DNA of 64,000 nucleotides from Octopus bimaculoides (taxonomy: Eukaryota), in contig NC_068988.1 in the NCBI RefSeq assembly GCF_001194135.2, positions 18,531,314 through 18,595,313 on the forward strand, written 5' to 3'. Numbering within the stretch: position 1 is the first letter of the stretch; each line of letters begins with the position of its first letter. A program made the translations under genes and the position numbers. Of the stretch, positions 37,589 to 50,635 are shown piece by piece. The notes below the pieces were generated by a model. It was not told the DNA's origin. It ran no database searches and was given only the letters and a program-made list of their open reading frames with translations.

Positions 37589-37663
37589 CTGAGGAGACAC
37601 ATCTACACTGACGGATGCACCTAAACCAGACAAATCAACACTAGATGGGTCGAAACAATTGTA
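37589..37663 (+). ncRNA. Hammerhead ribozyme candidate with extended stem II
   Basis: CUGAGGA (37589-37595); stem II GACACAUCUA / UAGAUGGGUC (9 of 10 bp); GAAA (37652-37655); C-AAUU-G stem III with a palindromic loop; GUA triplet. Stem I is poor. Confidence 0.55.
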
Positions 37664-37722
37664 TTAATCAATAAATATTCTTGTATCTTCCATCTTCAGT
37701 CTGTTTTTAATTAAATACACAT

Positions 37723-37800
<78 letters not shown>

Positions 37801-39042
37801 CANNNNNNNNNNNNNNNNNNNNNNNNNNNNNNNNNNNNNNNNNNNNNNNNNNNNNNNNNNNNNNNNNNNNNNNNNNNNNNNNNNNNNNNNNNNNNNNNNN
37901 NNNNNNNNNNNNNNNNNNNNNNNNNNNNNNNNNNNNNNNNNNNNNNNNNNNNNNNNNNNNNNNNNNNNNNNNNNNNNNNNNNNNNNNNNNNNNNNNNNNN
38001 NNNNNNNNNNNNNNNNNNNNNNNNNNNNNNNNNNNNNNNNNNNNNNNNNNNNNNNNNNNNNNNNNNNNNNNNNNNNNNNNNNNNNNNNNNNNNNNNNNNN
38101 NNNNNNNNNNNNNNNNNNNNNNNNNNNNNNNNNNNNNNNNNNNNNNNNNNNNNNNNNNNNNNNNNNNNNNNNNNNNNNNNNNNNNNNNNNNNNNNNNNNN
38201 NNNNNNNNNNNNNNNNNNNNNNNNNNNNNNNNNNNNNNNNNNNNNNNNNNNNNNNNNNNNNNNNNNNNNNNNNNNNNNNNNNNNNNNNNNNNNNNNNNNN
38301 NNNNNNNNNNNNNNNNNNNNNNNNNNNNNNNNNNNNNNNNNNNNNNNNNNNNNNNNNNNNNNNNNNNNNNNNNNNNNNNNNNNNNNNNNNNNNNNNNNNN
38401 NNNNNNNNNNNNNNNNNNNNNNNNNNNNNNNNNAAGCATATGCATGTATACACACATATATGTACATACCTACATCTACATGTGTATATAGATGCATATT
38501 CGAGTACAGGACGTTAGAAAAATGAACTACAGACAACAGAACGAACACATAGAAAAACAAACAAGCCACTTATGGAATTATTCCTTCATCAGCTGCCTCT
38601 ATTCTAAACTAGGCATTTCGAAGATAAGGCAGGGCACACTCTTAGAATAGTTTCTTCCTAGAGAGAGAGAGAGAGAGAGAGAGAGCAGGCTGATAGGCAG
38701 ACAGACAATCAGACAGGCAGGTAAGCAGACAAACAGACAGGCAGACAGACCAGCAGAGTGACAGACAATATAGATAGATAGATAGATAGATAGATACAGT
38801 AGTAATTAAAATTAAGTTTGATTAAATTATTGACTGGAGAACCAGTTGTGCAGGAGTTAGTAATTGGAATGTATATAAAGGATAATCCAATCTTTCAATA
38901 AGATTATGACATTTTTAGTTGAGTTTTTTTTTCTTGTTTGAAGTTATTTTGCTCCTTCATTTATAAACAGGCTCTGGAGCTGAACACAGACCTCCAGCTC
39001 AGTGGATCTTATAGAACCATCCAGCCCATGCCAACATGACAA

Positions 39043-39272
39043 GGCAGCGAGCTGGCAGAAATGTTAGCACACCGGGCAAAATGCTTAGCAGTATTTCGTG
39101 TGTCTTTACGTTCTGAGTTCAAATTCCGCTGAGGTCGACTTTGCCTTTCATCCTTTTGGGGTCAATAAATTAAGTACCAGTTACGCACTGGGGGTCGATG
39201 TATTCGACTACATCCCTTTGTTTATCCTTGTTTGTCCCCTCTGTGTGTAGCCCCTTGTGGGCAATGAAAAAA
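39043..39272 (+). mobile_element. Full-length SINE family B
   Basis: ggcagcgagctggcagaa..gagttcaaattcc head, gtcgactttgcctttcatcc body and A-rich tail. Confidence 0.85.
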
Positions 39273-39869
39273 AAAATAAAATGACTGCAAAGCAGATTTC
39301 TTAACCACACAGATATGCTTGTACATTTGGGTAACCATTTATCTGGTTGTGTCTATTATGTTTGTGAATGATGGGAGAAAAATTAATTGATTTGATTTTT
39401 CTCCCTTTATCTAACTGCAGAAAATATAACTGGGTTTTCTGATATCCACTTGAGGAAGAATTTGTTTTCCATTTCCTTAATGCTAAGAAAAACAAGTTCA
39501 AGCATTAACATAAAATCTTTGTAGTCTAAGTCTACCTTGTGACTTAAGTGTACCTTTGTGGCTTATCAAAGGATTATTTTATGAATAGGCAAAAGAAAAA
39601 AAAAAATCAAAGAAATACTGCTTTGTACGTTTTCCTTTTACCTTTTGTTTGTTTTTAAGTGGCCATGCTGGAGCATCAACTTGAAGTGTTTAGTTGAACT
39701 AATCAACTCTAGTATGTCCTTTTATTTTTAAGCCTCATACTTATTCCATTGGTCACTTTTTGCTGAGTCTCTAAGTTATGTGGACATATGACAAGCAACA
39801 CCAGTTGTCAAGTGGTGGACAAATACAAACACACACATGGATATGTACCCAAATATATATGTCCGGGTA

Positions 39870-40385
39870 TCATCATCATCATCATCATTTAATGTCCACT
39901 GTCCATGGTGGGATGGGTTGGACAGTTTGACCAAAACTGCACCAGACTCCGGTCTGATTTGGCATGGTTTCTATGGTTCGATGCCCATCCCTAAACCCAA
40001 CCACTCCAAGAGCATAATGAGTGCTTTTACATGCCGCCAGCATGTGTGCTAGTTGCATGAACCAGTATCTGCCTCAACTACAATTTCACTTGGCTTTATG
40101 GGTTTCCTCAAGCTCAGCATATTGCCATGAGTCTTGGTCATTTGTCATATATACATACATACATACATATCATCATCATCATCATCATCATCATCGTTTA
40201 ACGTCAGCTTTCCATGCTAGCATGGGTTGGACGATTTGACTGAGGACTGGTGAAACCGGATGGCAACACCAGGCTCCAATCTAATTTGGCAGAGTTTCTA
40301 CAGCTGGATGCCCTTCCTAACGCCAACCACTCAGAGAGTGTAGTGGGTGCTTTTACGTGTCACCCGCACAAAAACGGCCACGCTC
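39870..40385 (-). mobile_element. Two adjacent RTE LINE 3' ends (old 39870-40145; young 40170-40385)
   Basis: Each begins with (CAT)n and the conserved terminus. Confidence 0.8.
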
Positions 40386-40876
40386 NNNNNNNNNNNNNNN
40401 NNNNNNNNNNNNNNNNNNNNNNNNNNNNNNNNNNNNNNNNNNNNNNNNNNNNNNNNNNNNNNNNNNNNNNNNNNNNNNNNNNNNNNNNNNNNNNNNNNNN
40501 NNNNNNNNNNNNNNNNNNNNNNNNNNNNNNNNNNNNNNNNNNNNNNNNNNNNNNNNNNNNNNNNNNNNNNNNNNNNNNNNNNNNNNNNNNNNNNNNNNNN
40601 NNNNNNNNNNNNNNNNNNNNNNNNNNNNNNNNNNNNNNNNNNNNNNNNNNNNNNNNNNNNNNNNNNNNNNNNNNNNNNNNNNNNNNNNNNNATCTGAAAG
40701 GTATAGTATTAAATATCCATCATGGCTGATCTTACCAATCAGTTTTGTGTAAAGAATGCAATGGAGTGTTAGGTAACAAACTGATTATGTAACTTTATGC
40801 TCATCAGAGTTAGCCGATATGGAAGAGGATATGGCAACTGCTCTCTGTTGTCTGTCACTAAATTATAGGAAATACT

Positions 40877-40918
<42 letters not shown>

Positions 40919-42404
40919 ACCACCACCTCTTGAAGACCAGTGTTGGTTTGTTTTATGTCCTTGTAATTTACTGGTTCAGCAAAATGATACCAATAGAATA
41001 CGTACCAGGCTTTAAAAGATAAGTACTGGAGGCAATTTGTTTTGACTATACCCTTCAAGGCAGGGCCCCAGCATGGTCACAGTCCAATGATTGAAACAAG
41101 TAGAAGATAAAACATAGTTTGTTGGTTCTTAACCTGTTTAACTTATTGGTGCGCCAGAGATCAAATATCAAAAGAAAAACAAAAGTACTAACTCACTTGC
41201 CATGGAAAGTTAGATGTTCTTGGCAATCGTCGCATAGGATTTTTTTAATATATAATCTAATTGTTTTAAATGTAGAAAATGGTAAGAGAAAATTATAGCT
41301 TCCCTTATTTTGCCAATCATATTTGTCTATAACAAAACCATGTACAACACGTTTTTGTATTTTTCTTTTCAAGAAAATCGAGTATAAGTTTTCTAGAACC
41401 TCGAATTATATTCCAAAATAAATCTATGAAGTATCTAGACACAATTTTGGTAGGTACTATTCATGAATATCTGGCTTAATTTATGGAAATCCGGAGAAAA
41501 TTCACTAGGATTTCAAATAAGCAGTAATATAGTGTAAGGGAAATAACTTTAGAGAATTATAACGTACACTACTGTCAAACACAAAATGTTTTAAATTATG
41601 GATAGATATTAAATGACAACGTAACAGGTTTATATTTTATAAATTTATTATTATCAAACATATATAACAAGTTATATAACAATAAAATACTTGATTCTTG
41701 TTAATAATCAAACTGGTTATATTATAGAATGATTCGGTTCCTCGTATTTTAAGACTTCAGAAATAGCTGACTTAGCAGAGTTATCTCCCATCGTAATAAT
41801 AATAATGAAATTATTTTGTGTAGTGCTCAGGTGCACTACAACTCATAATTATGTACGAAAGTCAGGAAAGTGAACAGTGTATGAGTTATGATGTACATGT
41901 GTGCATGCGTATAGAGTGGGAGATATCAAGTGTAGTGTTAGCGAATTTCAGGAAGTGTGGAGGTTTCCAAGGATGCAATGTCTCAGCAACTAGCAACTAA
42001 TGTAGGTAGTTTGTTCCATGCTTCAGCAATTCTGAGTGTGAAAAAATGTTTCTGAAAGCCATGGGAGCTGTGCTGTTTTCTGACTTTGTAGGCATGCCCA
42101 CGTGTGTTAGACACATGGAACTCAAAAAGGTGCTTGAGGTGGCTGTTGGCACGATGGTTAACAATTTTCTAGTTGTTTACCAAATTAGTTGCCAGACGTT
42201 GAAGCTTCAATGTATCTATGCCCAGGGAAGCAAGGCATCCAGAGTATGGCAGATGTGTGATGGAGAACACCTTATAATAGTGGTTCCCAAAATGGGTGGT
42301 ATTGCTCCACCCCCACCCCACCCCTGGGGGCGGTGGAAAGATCCAGGGGAGCGTTGAGGAAAACTGGGATGATAAATTGGGTGGCCAAAATGGGGTGATA
42401 GATC

Positions 42405-43135
42405 ATTATCATTGTTGTCGTTTAACGTCCACTTTCCCTGCTAGCATGGGTTGGACGATTTGACTGAGGACTGGTGAACCAGATGGTTACACCAGGCTCC
42501 AATCTGATCTAGCAGAGTTTCTACAACTGGATGCCCTTCCTAATGCTAACCACTCTGAGAGTGTAGTGGGTGCTTTTATATGCCACTGGCACAAGGGCCA
42601 GTCAGGCGGTACTGGCAACGGCCACGTTCAAAATGGTGTTTTTTACATGCTATCTGCACAGGAGGCAGTCCATCGGCACTGGCAACGACCTCACTTGAAT
42701 ATTTTTTTACATGCCACCGGCACATGTGCCAGTAAGGCGACGCTGGTAATGATCACGCTCAAATGCTGCTATTTACATGCCACTGGCACGGAAGCCAGAC
42801 AGCTGCCCTGGCAATTATCATGCTCGGATGGTGCTCTTAGCACTCCACTGGCACAGGTGCCAGTCATCGAATTTGGTTCAATCACAATTTCGATTTCATT
42901 TACCCCAACAGGTCTTCGCAAGCCAAGTTTAGTGTCTAATGAAGGAGACATTGGCATGGGTGCCAGTCGTCAAATTTGGTTCGATTTTGATTTCACTTGC
43001 CCCAACAGGTCTTCGCAAACAGAGTTTAGTGTCCAATGAAGGAAAGGTATTCATAAGTGGGCTGGCTACACCCCTGGCAGAGGTCTTGGATTATGGTCTC
43101 ACTTGGCTTGCCGGGTCTTCTTACGCACTGCAAGC
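42405..43135 (-). mobile_element. RTE LINE complete 3' UTR plus ORF stop
   Basis: Minus strand begins AVRKKTRQAK* and continues through several subrepeat tiers to the tail. Confidence 0.85.
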
Positions 43136-43729
43136 CACTAACCACACAGCCACCCCTGTGCCTATAAGTGAAATAAAAGTAAATATGACAACAATTAATC
43201 TAGTGGAAATTATCAATAATCAATTATATATTACACAAAAATTATTTATTGTGGAAAAATAATAAGGCATGTGTTGTATACATAGACCCCATACATGCAT
43301 GCATACATACATTAGCAGCATGTATATGAACAGCATCAGTGCCCAACACCAAAGTGCTGTACTATGCTACATACTCCCATGCAATTAGTGCAGAGAAACA
43401 CCAGCTGAGGCTAGGACTCGGTGGTGGTGGCGGTGGTGGAGAGGAGGAGAGAAAAAAAAAACTATATTATCTATATTTCATTTAAAAATAAAAATCAGTC
43501 TACAAAAGAAAATTCATTTCACTTTTATTATATTACAAAGGAGCTAAGTGTGTGGTGTTTGTCTACAACTGACTCACAGTTTTTTTGTTTTTTTTTTAGA
43601 ATCCTTGCATATTGTTGTGGAAACTTTGGTGAAAACACAGCTGCAACATCCATGCACTGTTCTTGATCTCGGTCTTTTGGTTGAACAAAATTTAACTGAA
43701 TTTGACATAAACTGAATTAGAAGAATAGT

Positions 43730-44274
43730 TCTTAGCTAAAGCTAACTGAATCACATTTGTCATGCATGTAAAGATGCATGCGTTAATCTAGTGAACAGTG
43801 AGCTGCAGCTAAGTGCACCATAAGATGTTGCTATAAGTTGCAGCTAGGAGTGCCATAATCTGTTGCTTGGTGTGTAACACGATGTAGCTACGTGCATCAC
43901 AAAATGCAGTTAAATGGGTTGTGAGATATAGGTAGGTGTGCAGTAAGCTGTATCTAGTATCTAGATGTACTGCAGAATGTAGTTATGGGCTGCAAGACGT
44001 GGATAGGTGCATCAGATGTGCCTAGGTTCCCCAGAAGATTCAGCTAGGTTCTTATATGATGTAGCTAGGCTCACCACAAGGTTTAGTTAGATGCACCTCC
44101 AGATGCAGCATGGTGAGCTACACAATGTAACTAGCTGTACCACAAGATTTTGTTATGCATACCATAAGACATAGCTGGATGCACCAAGAGATCTAGTTAG
44201 GTGAGCTGCATAATGTAACTAGTTGTACCACAAGATGTTGCTATGTATATCATAAGACATAGCTGGATGCACCA
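43730..44274. repeat. Degenerate 22-nt minisatellite with an 88-nt higher-order duplication
   Basis: Units resemble TAGCTAGGTGCACCACAAGATG. A 75-nt block repeats at 44112 and 44200 (88 = 4 x 22). A further unit appears at about 44581. Confidence 0.7.
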
Positions 44275-44575
44275 TCATCATCATCATCATCATTTAACGT
44301 CAGCTTTCCATGCTAGCATGGGTTGGACGATTTGACTGAGGACTGGTGAAACCGGATGGCAACACCAGGCTCCAGTCTGATTTGGCAGAGTTTCTACAGC
44401 TGGATGCCCTTCCTAACGCCAACCACTCAGAGAGTGTAGTGGGTGCTTTTATGTGTCACCCGCACGAAGGTCAGTCAGGTGGTACTGGCAACGGCCATGC
44501 TCAAAATGGTGTCTTTTATGTGCCACCCGCACAAGAGCCTGTCCAGGGGAACTGGCAACGATCTCGCTCGAAGAT
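44275..44575 (-). mobile_element. Young RTE LINE 3' UTR fragment inserted in the minisatellite
   Basis: Family motifs; the minisatellite resumes after it. Confidence 0.85.
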
Positions 44576-45349
44576 GAATTTAGGTGCACCACAAGATCAA
44601 GATAGATGAGCTGTGAGATACTGCTTGATGTGATGCGCTGCCCTGTAGGTTGTGAGGTATTGTGTAGTATGTGGATATGTGGTGGGTAGTTGTAGTAAGG
44701 TTGTAACTGGTTAATTTAATAGATACAGAGCTGGTGATGGTTTGGTAAAGGTTGGGTTTGGAAGTAAGAAAAAATATCAAAGTTGTTTGGATTGTGTGTG
44801 TGTGTGTGCATGTGTGTATCAATCATGAACGTTTTTTAAGGGATAAAAATAATTGGTGCAGAAAGCTGAGGATTTTAAAAGATTCAGTTTCTGCACAAGT
44901 AGAATCAGTGAAGGTGCCAAGAAGAGTTGTGAGTATTCAGAAAAGGATGGAAAGTAAGGTAGATATCCTCAGAGCATGATGAGATACAACTGAAGTCTTG
45001 CTGGGAGTGGTAGAGAAAACAGATATGTTTAGAGGATTAGTGGGAGGGATGATTTGCATTAGAGTAACTGGAAGTCTTTGCTTATGGTAACCAGGTTAAG
45101 AGAGGTGAGTAATAAAAACAGGAACCTGCATATGTAAAGAGATATCTTTTCAGAGTTAGTGCAACCAGGTTAGCAGAGACGGATAACTGATAAATAGCAA
45201 GAGGTTTATGTCTTAAAGAGGGAAAGGTTATGTGATTTGTATGTTAATAAACAGGTGCTGTGTAGGGTTTAGACTGAAAGGAAGTCCACTTTATGGCTAT
45301 TGAAGTTGAATGAGAATTATCTCGTGGGTTTAATATTATTCTGTGACAT

Positions 45350-45565
45350 ACCTGACTGGCCTTCGTGCCGGTGGCACGTAAAAGCACCCACTACACTCTC
45401 GGAGTGGTTGGCATTAGGAAGGGCATCCAGCTGTAGAAACTCTGCCAAATCAGATTGGAGCCTGGTGTAGCCATCCGGTTCACCAGTCCTCAGTCAAATC
45501 GTCCAACCCATGCTAGCATGGAAAGTGGACGTTAAACGATGACGATGATGATGATGATGATGATA
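45350..45565 (+). mobile_element. RTE LINE 3' UTR fragment
   Basis: Conserved terminus and tail. Confidence 0.85.
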
Positions 45566-45914
45566 AGAGAAATCAGTGTGTGTGTGTGTGTGTGCATGCA
45601 TGCACATGCGCATTATAAAAGTAGCATACTAAACTACCATGCTAGTTTTTTTAACATACACATGTATTTGTTTTTCTCTGACTAAGATGTTTCTTTACCT
45701 ATCAATGTGGGCAAAAGATAAATTGTCCCAGATGATGATATAACCTCTTTTTTTTTTTCTCATGGTTTAACAAACTGTCAGTATTATTGTTGTTTTTCTC
45801 ATAATTTTACTTCTATTTATATTTAGATAACACAATGAAAGTAAAAGATTTTGTACAGGTTTCAAATAAACAGTTTATTCTATTCCCTCCCTTTTGGTAT
45901 ATTACATACATGAT

Positions 45915-46110
45915 GATACAACCAAAATGGAGTTCCTTCGAAGGGTCTCTGGAGTAATGTTATTCAAAACGGCACATAACTTAGAGACCCATAGTCTCTC
46001 CAGGTCAAGCCACTACATTGGGAAGTCACAGCTCCAGTATTATGGACATGTGTTTAGAATGCAGAAGGAAAAGATCTCAAGTCATATTCTCCAAACTGAG
46101 TCAACCGTCA
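45915..46110 (+). pseudogene. RTE-clade ORF C-terminal fragment (different family)
   Basis: KMEFLRRVSGV..KSQLQYYGHVFRM resembles EMRFLRRI.G..QLRWYGHV.RM. Confidence 0.65.
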
Positions 46111-46120
46111 AAACGTTTAA

Positions 46121-46375
46121 CCCTTTAGCATTCAGATTACTCTGTCAAATGTAGAGTTTATTCATTCACATTGTTTCGAATTAACCATGGATTATCTCAT
46201 AGCTTTGAGATTTCAATGACGTGACTGCATATTTTCAGAATGACATTGTACGGTAGGTGTGAGATATTTTTAGAATGACATTTTAAGGTAGGTATGCGAG
46301 GTCAGATCTGGTTGGTTTGATCATAAAACAGGTAGAATATTTTGGCCAGATATGGCCGGTTTAAATGCTAATGGA
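46121..46375. mobile_element. piggyBac-like MITE
   Basis: TTAA|CCCTTTAGCATT ... AATGCTAATGGA|TTAA. Related copies lie at about 4985, 26076 and 60367-60581. Confidence 0.75.
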
Positions 46376-47916
46376 TTAAGGGTAGATCACAAGAGAGATG
46401 ATTGGTTAAGATCCATAGTTTCAGTTGGTTATACTAAGGAATCCAGCAGAAAAGTGTAATGTTGATTGTTTCTGACAGGACCCTATGGTGGAAGTATTTG
46501 AGGGCTCTATTCACACAGCTCTCCCAGGAATAACGAGCAGTGAAAAATGGATGGATGGATGGAATGAATGAATATGACAATGAAAATACCTTAGTTATAG
46601 CTATGGTGAATTTTTAGATTTCAGTTTTTCTTTTAAGCCTTGCTCTGCTGTTCAGGGCTATCTCCTTGCTATTAACCCTCTTTTGTTCAGAAGCTTTTGT
46701 GGAATAAAATTTCTAAATAGGTTATCTTTCAGAATTGATGTCATAAGCAAATTACTTCCTCTTCAAGTGGTGAACAAATCTTTAGTGGAATTTTCCTCCC
46801 TCAAATTGAAAGTCAATAAAAGCAGTTATTATAATTAAAAAAATTTTCTCTGCTGTTCAGCTAAATATCATTATTGTTGTCATCATCATGGCAGATGATG
46901 ATGATGATGATGATGATGACAATGATGATGGCTAAGAGTTGGATAGTTTGACAGAATCCAACATGTCAAAGGATTGTGTTGAGCTCCAATGTCTGTTCTG
47001 GTTTCTATAGCTGGTTGCTTTTCCTTATGTCAACCACTTTACAGAGTGTACTGGGTGCTTTTCTGTGTTACCAGCATTAGTGAAGTCATCAAGTGGCTCC
47101 CGAGATAAGACCCTTTGGTTGAGGAAGAGGGTTTATGCCCAGTGTTGAGAGGCAAGTTAAGAGAAAGAGACAGGGACAAATATCTTGTAGAAGAGATACA
47201 CAGCTTCCTCAACTGGAAAAGGAGAAAAGATGGGGTTGATGAGGTATCAGGAGATGCCCTCAAAGTATAAGAGGGTGAAAGTGAGGGTGTGGGGACACAG
47301 GAACAGGTGAAGGTGGAATGAAAGGAAGTACATAACGAGAGCAATACAAGCAAATCAACCCCAGGACTTATTCTTTGGAAGCTTAGTACTTATTCTATTG
47401 GTCTCTTTTTGCCGAACCTTTAAGTTATTTATTATTATCATTATTTTGTTAAAAGTATTCTTTTCAACCATCTACAAACACAGCCAGGCTGAAATAATTA
47501 ATGCATTCTTCCAGGAGTGAATAAAAAATTCTCAAACTTGAGGGGATGAGCCCCATAAATATTGACATGGGCCCCCATATATGGATTTTAATGGTGCAGG
47601 GGCCCACTTGCCATTGGGCAAGCTGGCAACCTGGCCAGTCCACCACTGTTGATAAATATTATTTGAGTGTAAGGTGGTGATATGGTACTCATTCAAATGT
47701 CGAATAGAATGCCTTGCAATATTTGTTCTGACTCCCAGGGCTTTGAGATTGAATCCTGTTAAGATCAATTTGACTTTTCATCCTTTTCAGGTTGATAAAA
47801 TGGATTGGAAACGGATTGGAAAAATTATAAGTAAGTTGAGCAAGATGTTTTGAAACAATGTTTCTCAATAAAAAATAAATCTCATAGTACTTTCATAATT
47901 AAATATTATTAGGAAT

Positions 47917-48328
47917 TACTCTTTTACTCTTTTACTTGTTTCAGTCATTTGACTGCGGCCATGCTGGAGCACCGCCTTTAGTCGAGCAAATCGACCCCCA
48001 GGTCTTATTCTCTGTAAGTCTAGTTCTTATTCTATTGGTCTCTTTTGCCGAACCGGTAAGTTACGGGGACGTAAACACACCAGCATCGGTTGTCAAGCAA
48101 TGTTGGTGGGGACAAACACAGACACACACACATATATATTTATATATATATATACATATACATATATATGATGGGCTTCTTTCAGTTTCTGTCTACCAAA
48201 TCCACTCACAAGGCTTTGGTCGGCCCGAGGCTATAGTAGAAGACACTTGCCCAATGTGCCATGCAGCGAGACTGAACCTGGAACCATGTGGTTGGTAAGC
48301 AAGCTATTTACCACATAGCCACTCCTGC
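47917..48328 (-). mobile_element. Full-length composite family A SINE
   Basis: Colinear with 36990-37407. Confidence 0.9.
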
Positions 48329-49409
48329 ACAAAAAGAATTCAAATATTCTGTGTATTATACAAGTATAGCCAATTTACTGCAGATAAATTTTAACAACAA
48401 AATCTTATATGGATCCTGAAGGGTCATACGAACCAGAAATGACAACCACTGCTTTAAGGCATCTGTTCTGGTTCTTTGCATTTTGGCAGCATTGTTCATA
48501 ATGACACTGGGGTTAAACTGTATTGAATCAAATTGGCAGCCTTTCTCTTGCAACCTACATGCATAGGCAACTGTCACATTTCTTCAAAACTGTTGTCTTG
48601 ACCTGCTCATATATATACAGACACATTGTTAAATTAACCAACCAAGGCCTTGTACATGAACCAAAATCACCTAACATATATGGACAAGAATTTCCTTCTA
48701 AAAATGATTTCAACTTGACACCCATTTTAATAATATTGTATTGCCTATAGAAGTTTTTTCTTCTTTTAAGATGAGTCAATTTTTCACTTATCTACTCATG
48801 TTTTCTATGTATTGCATTACATTTGATGAATAACAGTGTCATTGATTACAGATTTTCAATAGGCCAATATCTGATTTACCACATTTTTGAAATTGTGAGT
48901 GATAAGGGAGTGTCCATTACCTGGGGCAAAACAATTATTGAAGAACACTAGCTTTTTTTGTTTTTTGTTTTTCCACTACTGTGTGGTATCTTGTGCAAGT
49001 AAGTTGTTCTATAACCCTTGACTGACCAAACACTTATGAGAGAATTTAATAAACAGAAACATGGAAGAAAGCCAGTTGTGTATGTGTGTGTGTGTGGCTT
49101 TGTCTTTGCATTAAATACTAGTCATAAACCAACATCAAAATCCAATAATTTTCAATCTTCTGTAACATAATGTCCTAATGAGAAGAAAATGTCTTGCTTG
49201 GAAACAGGAAGCAGATGTACTTGCATAGCAAGTGACTTGATCTGAGATCATGTGCTGAAACAAAAACAATTGCAGCATGGAAGATGTTTGTAAACCATTT
49301 AAGAACACACGAATACTGTTAGTTTCACTTCAACATTAAAACTCCATTTGTGTCAAAATATTTTTGTCACTTTGAAACAGCGACCTGTTCACTGACAATC
49401 ATCAAATCA

Positions 49410-49710
49410 TCGTCATTGTTTAACGTCTGCTTTCCATGCTAGCATGGGTTGGACAATTTGACTGAGGACTGGTGAACCAGATGGCGACACCAGGCTCCAA
49501 TCTGATCTGGCAGAGTTTCTACAGCTGGATGCCCTTCCTAACGCCAACCACTCCGAGAGTGTAGTGGGTGCTTTTATGTGCCACCGGCACGAAGGCCAGT
49601 CAGGCCGTACTGGCAACAGCCACGCTCAAAATGATGCTTTTTACATGCCACCTGCACAAGGGCCAGTCAGGCGGGTACTGGCAACGGCCACGCTCGAAAT
49701 GGTGTATTTT
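49410..49710 (-). mobile_element. RTE LINE 3' UTR fragment
   Basis: Family motifs. Confidence 0.85.
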
Positions 49711-50257
49711 ACAGCTTCACAAAAGTGATGCAGCACAAAGTTTTGTCTGCGAACAATGCACACACACACACACACACACATTCATTGCCTTTAATTTGTG
49801 TATTTGTATCTATGTGTGTGCATGAGTGTGTATTGGTGTGTGTGTGTCACTGTTGAAGTTGTGTTTGGAAACTGTAAATAAGGTGCAAGTTTTGAGTACT
49901 TGTCAGTAAATTTTTTTTTTTTCTCCTTGTCTTCTAATAGTAATTACCCAACATTCTAGCCTCTTCTTACAGCTATCCCGCGTTCAAAAATTATACAGGT
50001 ATTTAAAAGAATTTTCATTCAATAAATAAAGTTTTTACATTACATATACATTAATAGCAAATTAAACCAGAAAGTGTGAGACATTGCAAATAAAAATGGA
50101 GCACTCCACAGTGAATGCAATAAATATTTAAATTTGTGATGAATTAGACACAGTGAATATTTAAATTTGTGAGAAATTGGAATTGAAAAAATTCAGTAAC
50201 GTTGAGAAATTGGAATTATAGGAAATTTCTTAAAACATGAATTTATAAAAATATGTA

Positions 50258-50635
50258 AGATCGTTGCCAGTGCCCCTGGACTGGTTCTTGTGCGGGTGGC
50301 ACATGAGATGCACCATTTTGAGCGTGGCCGTTGCCAGTACCGCCTGACTGGCTCCCGTAGGATTTTCGAGCGAGATCGTTGCCAGTGCCCCTGGACTGGC
50401 TTGTGCGGGTGGCACATAAAAGACACCATTTCGAGTGTAGCCGTTTTCGTGCGGGTGACACGTAAAAGCACCCACTACACTCTCTGAGTGGTTGGCGTTA
50501 GGAAGGGCATCCAGCTGTAGAAACTCTGCCAAATTAGATTGGAGCCTGGTGTTGCCATCCGGTTTCACCAGTCCTCAGTCAAATCGTCCAACCCATGCTA
50601 GCATGGAAAGCGGACGTTAAACGATGATGATGATA
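50258..50635 (+). mobile_element. Young RTE LINE 3' UTR fragment
   Basis: Family motifs; near-identical to 57445-57842. Confidence 0.85.

Noticed and set aside
38570-38630. Minus-strand GAAA..CUGAUGA suggesting a type II hammerhead
   Set aside because: Stems I and III cannot be formed and there is no NUH in register.
39373-39405. Isolated hairpin GGGAGAAAAAT..ATTTTTCTCCC
   Set aside because: It is single copy, low complexity and too short for a pre-miRNA. It is compatible with chance.
40230-40260. CTGAGGA-CTGGT-GAAAC in RTE copies resembling a hammerhead core
   Set aside because: There is no stem II and no NUH, and it lies antisense to the LINE transcript.
10615-40752. Long ORFs dominated by X (e.g. 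24548-25603, 32321-33280, 37664-38569)
   Set aside because: They are artefacts of reading through N gaps.
48356-48779. Short ORFs with protein-like composition on both strands
   Set aside because: There is no recognisable homology or consistent splice pair, and one ORF runs into a hAT MITE end.
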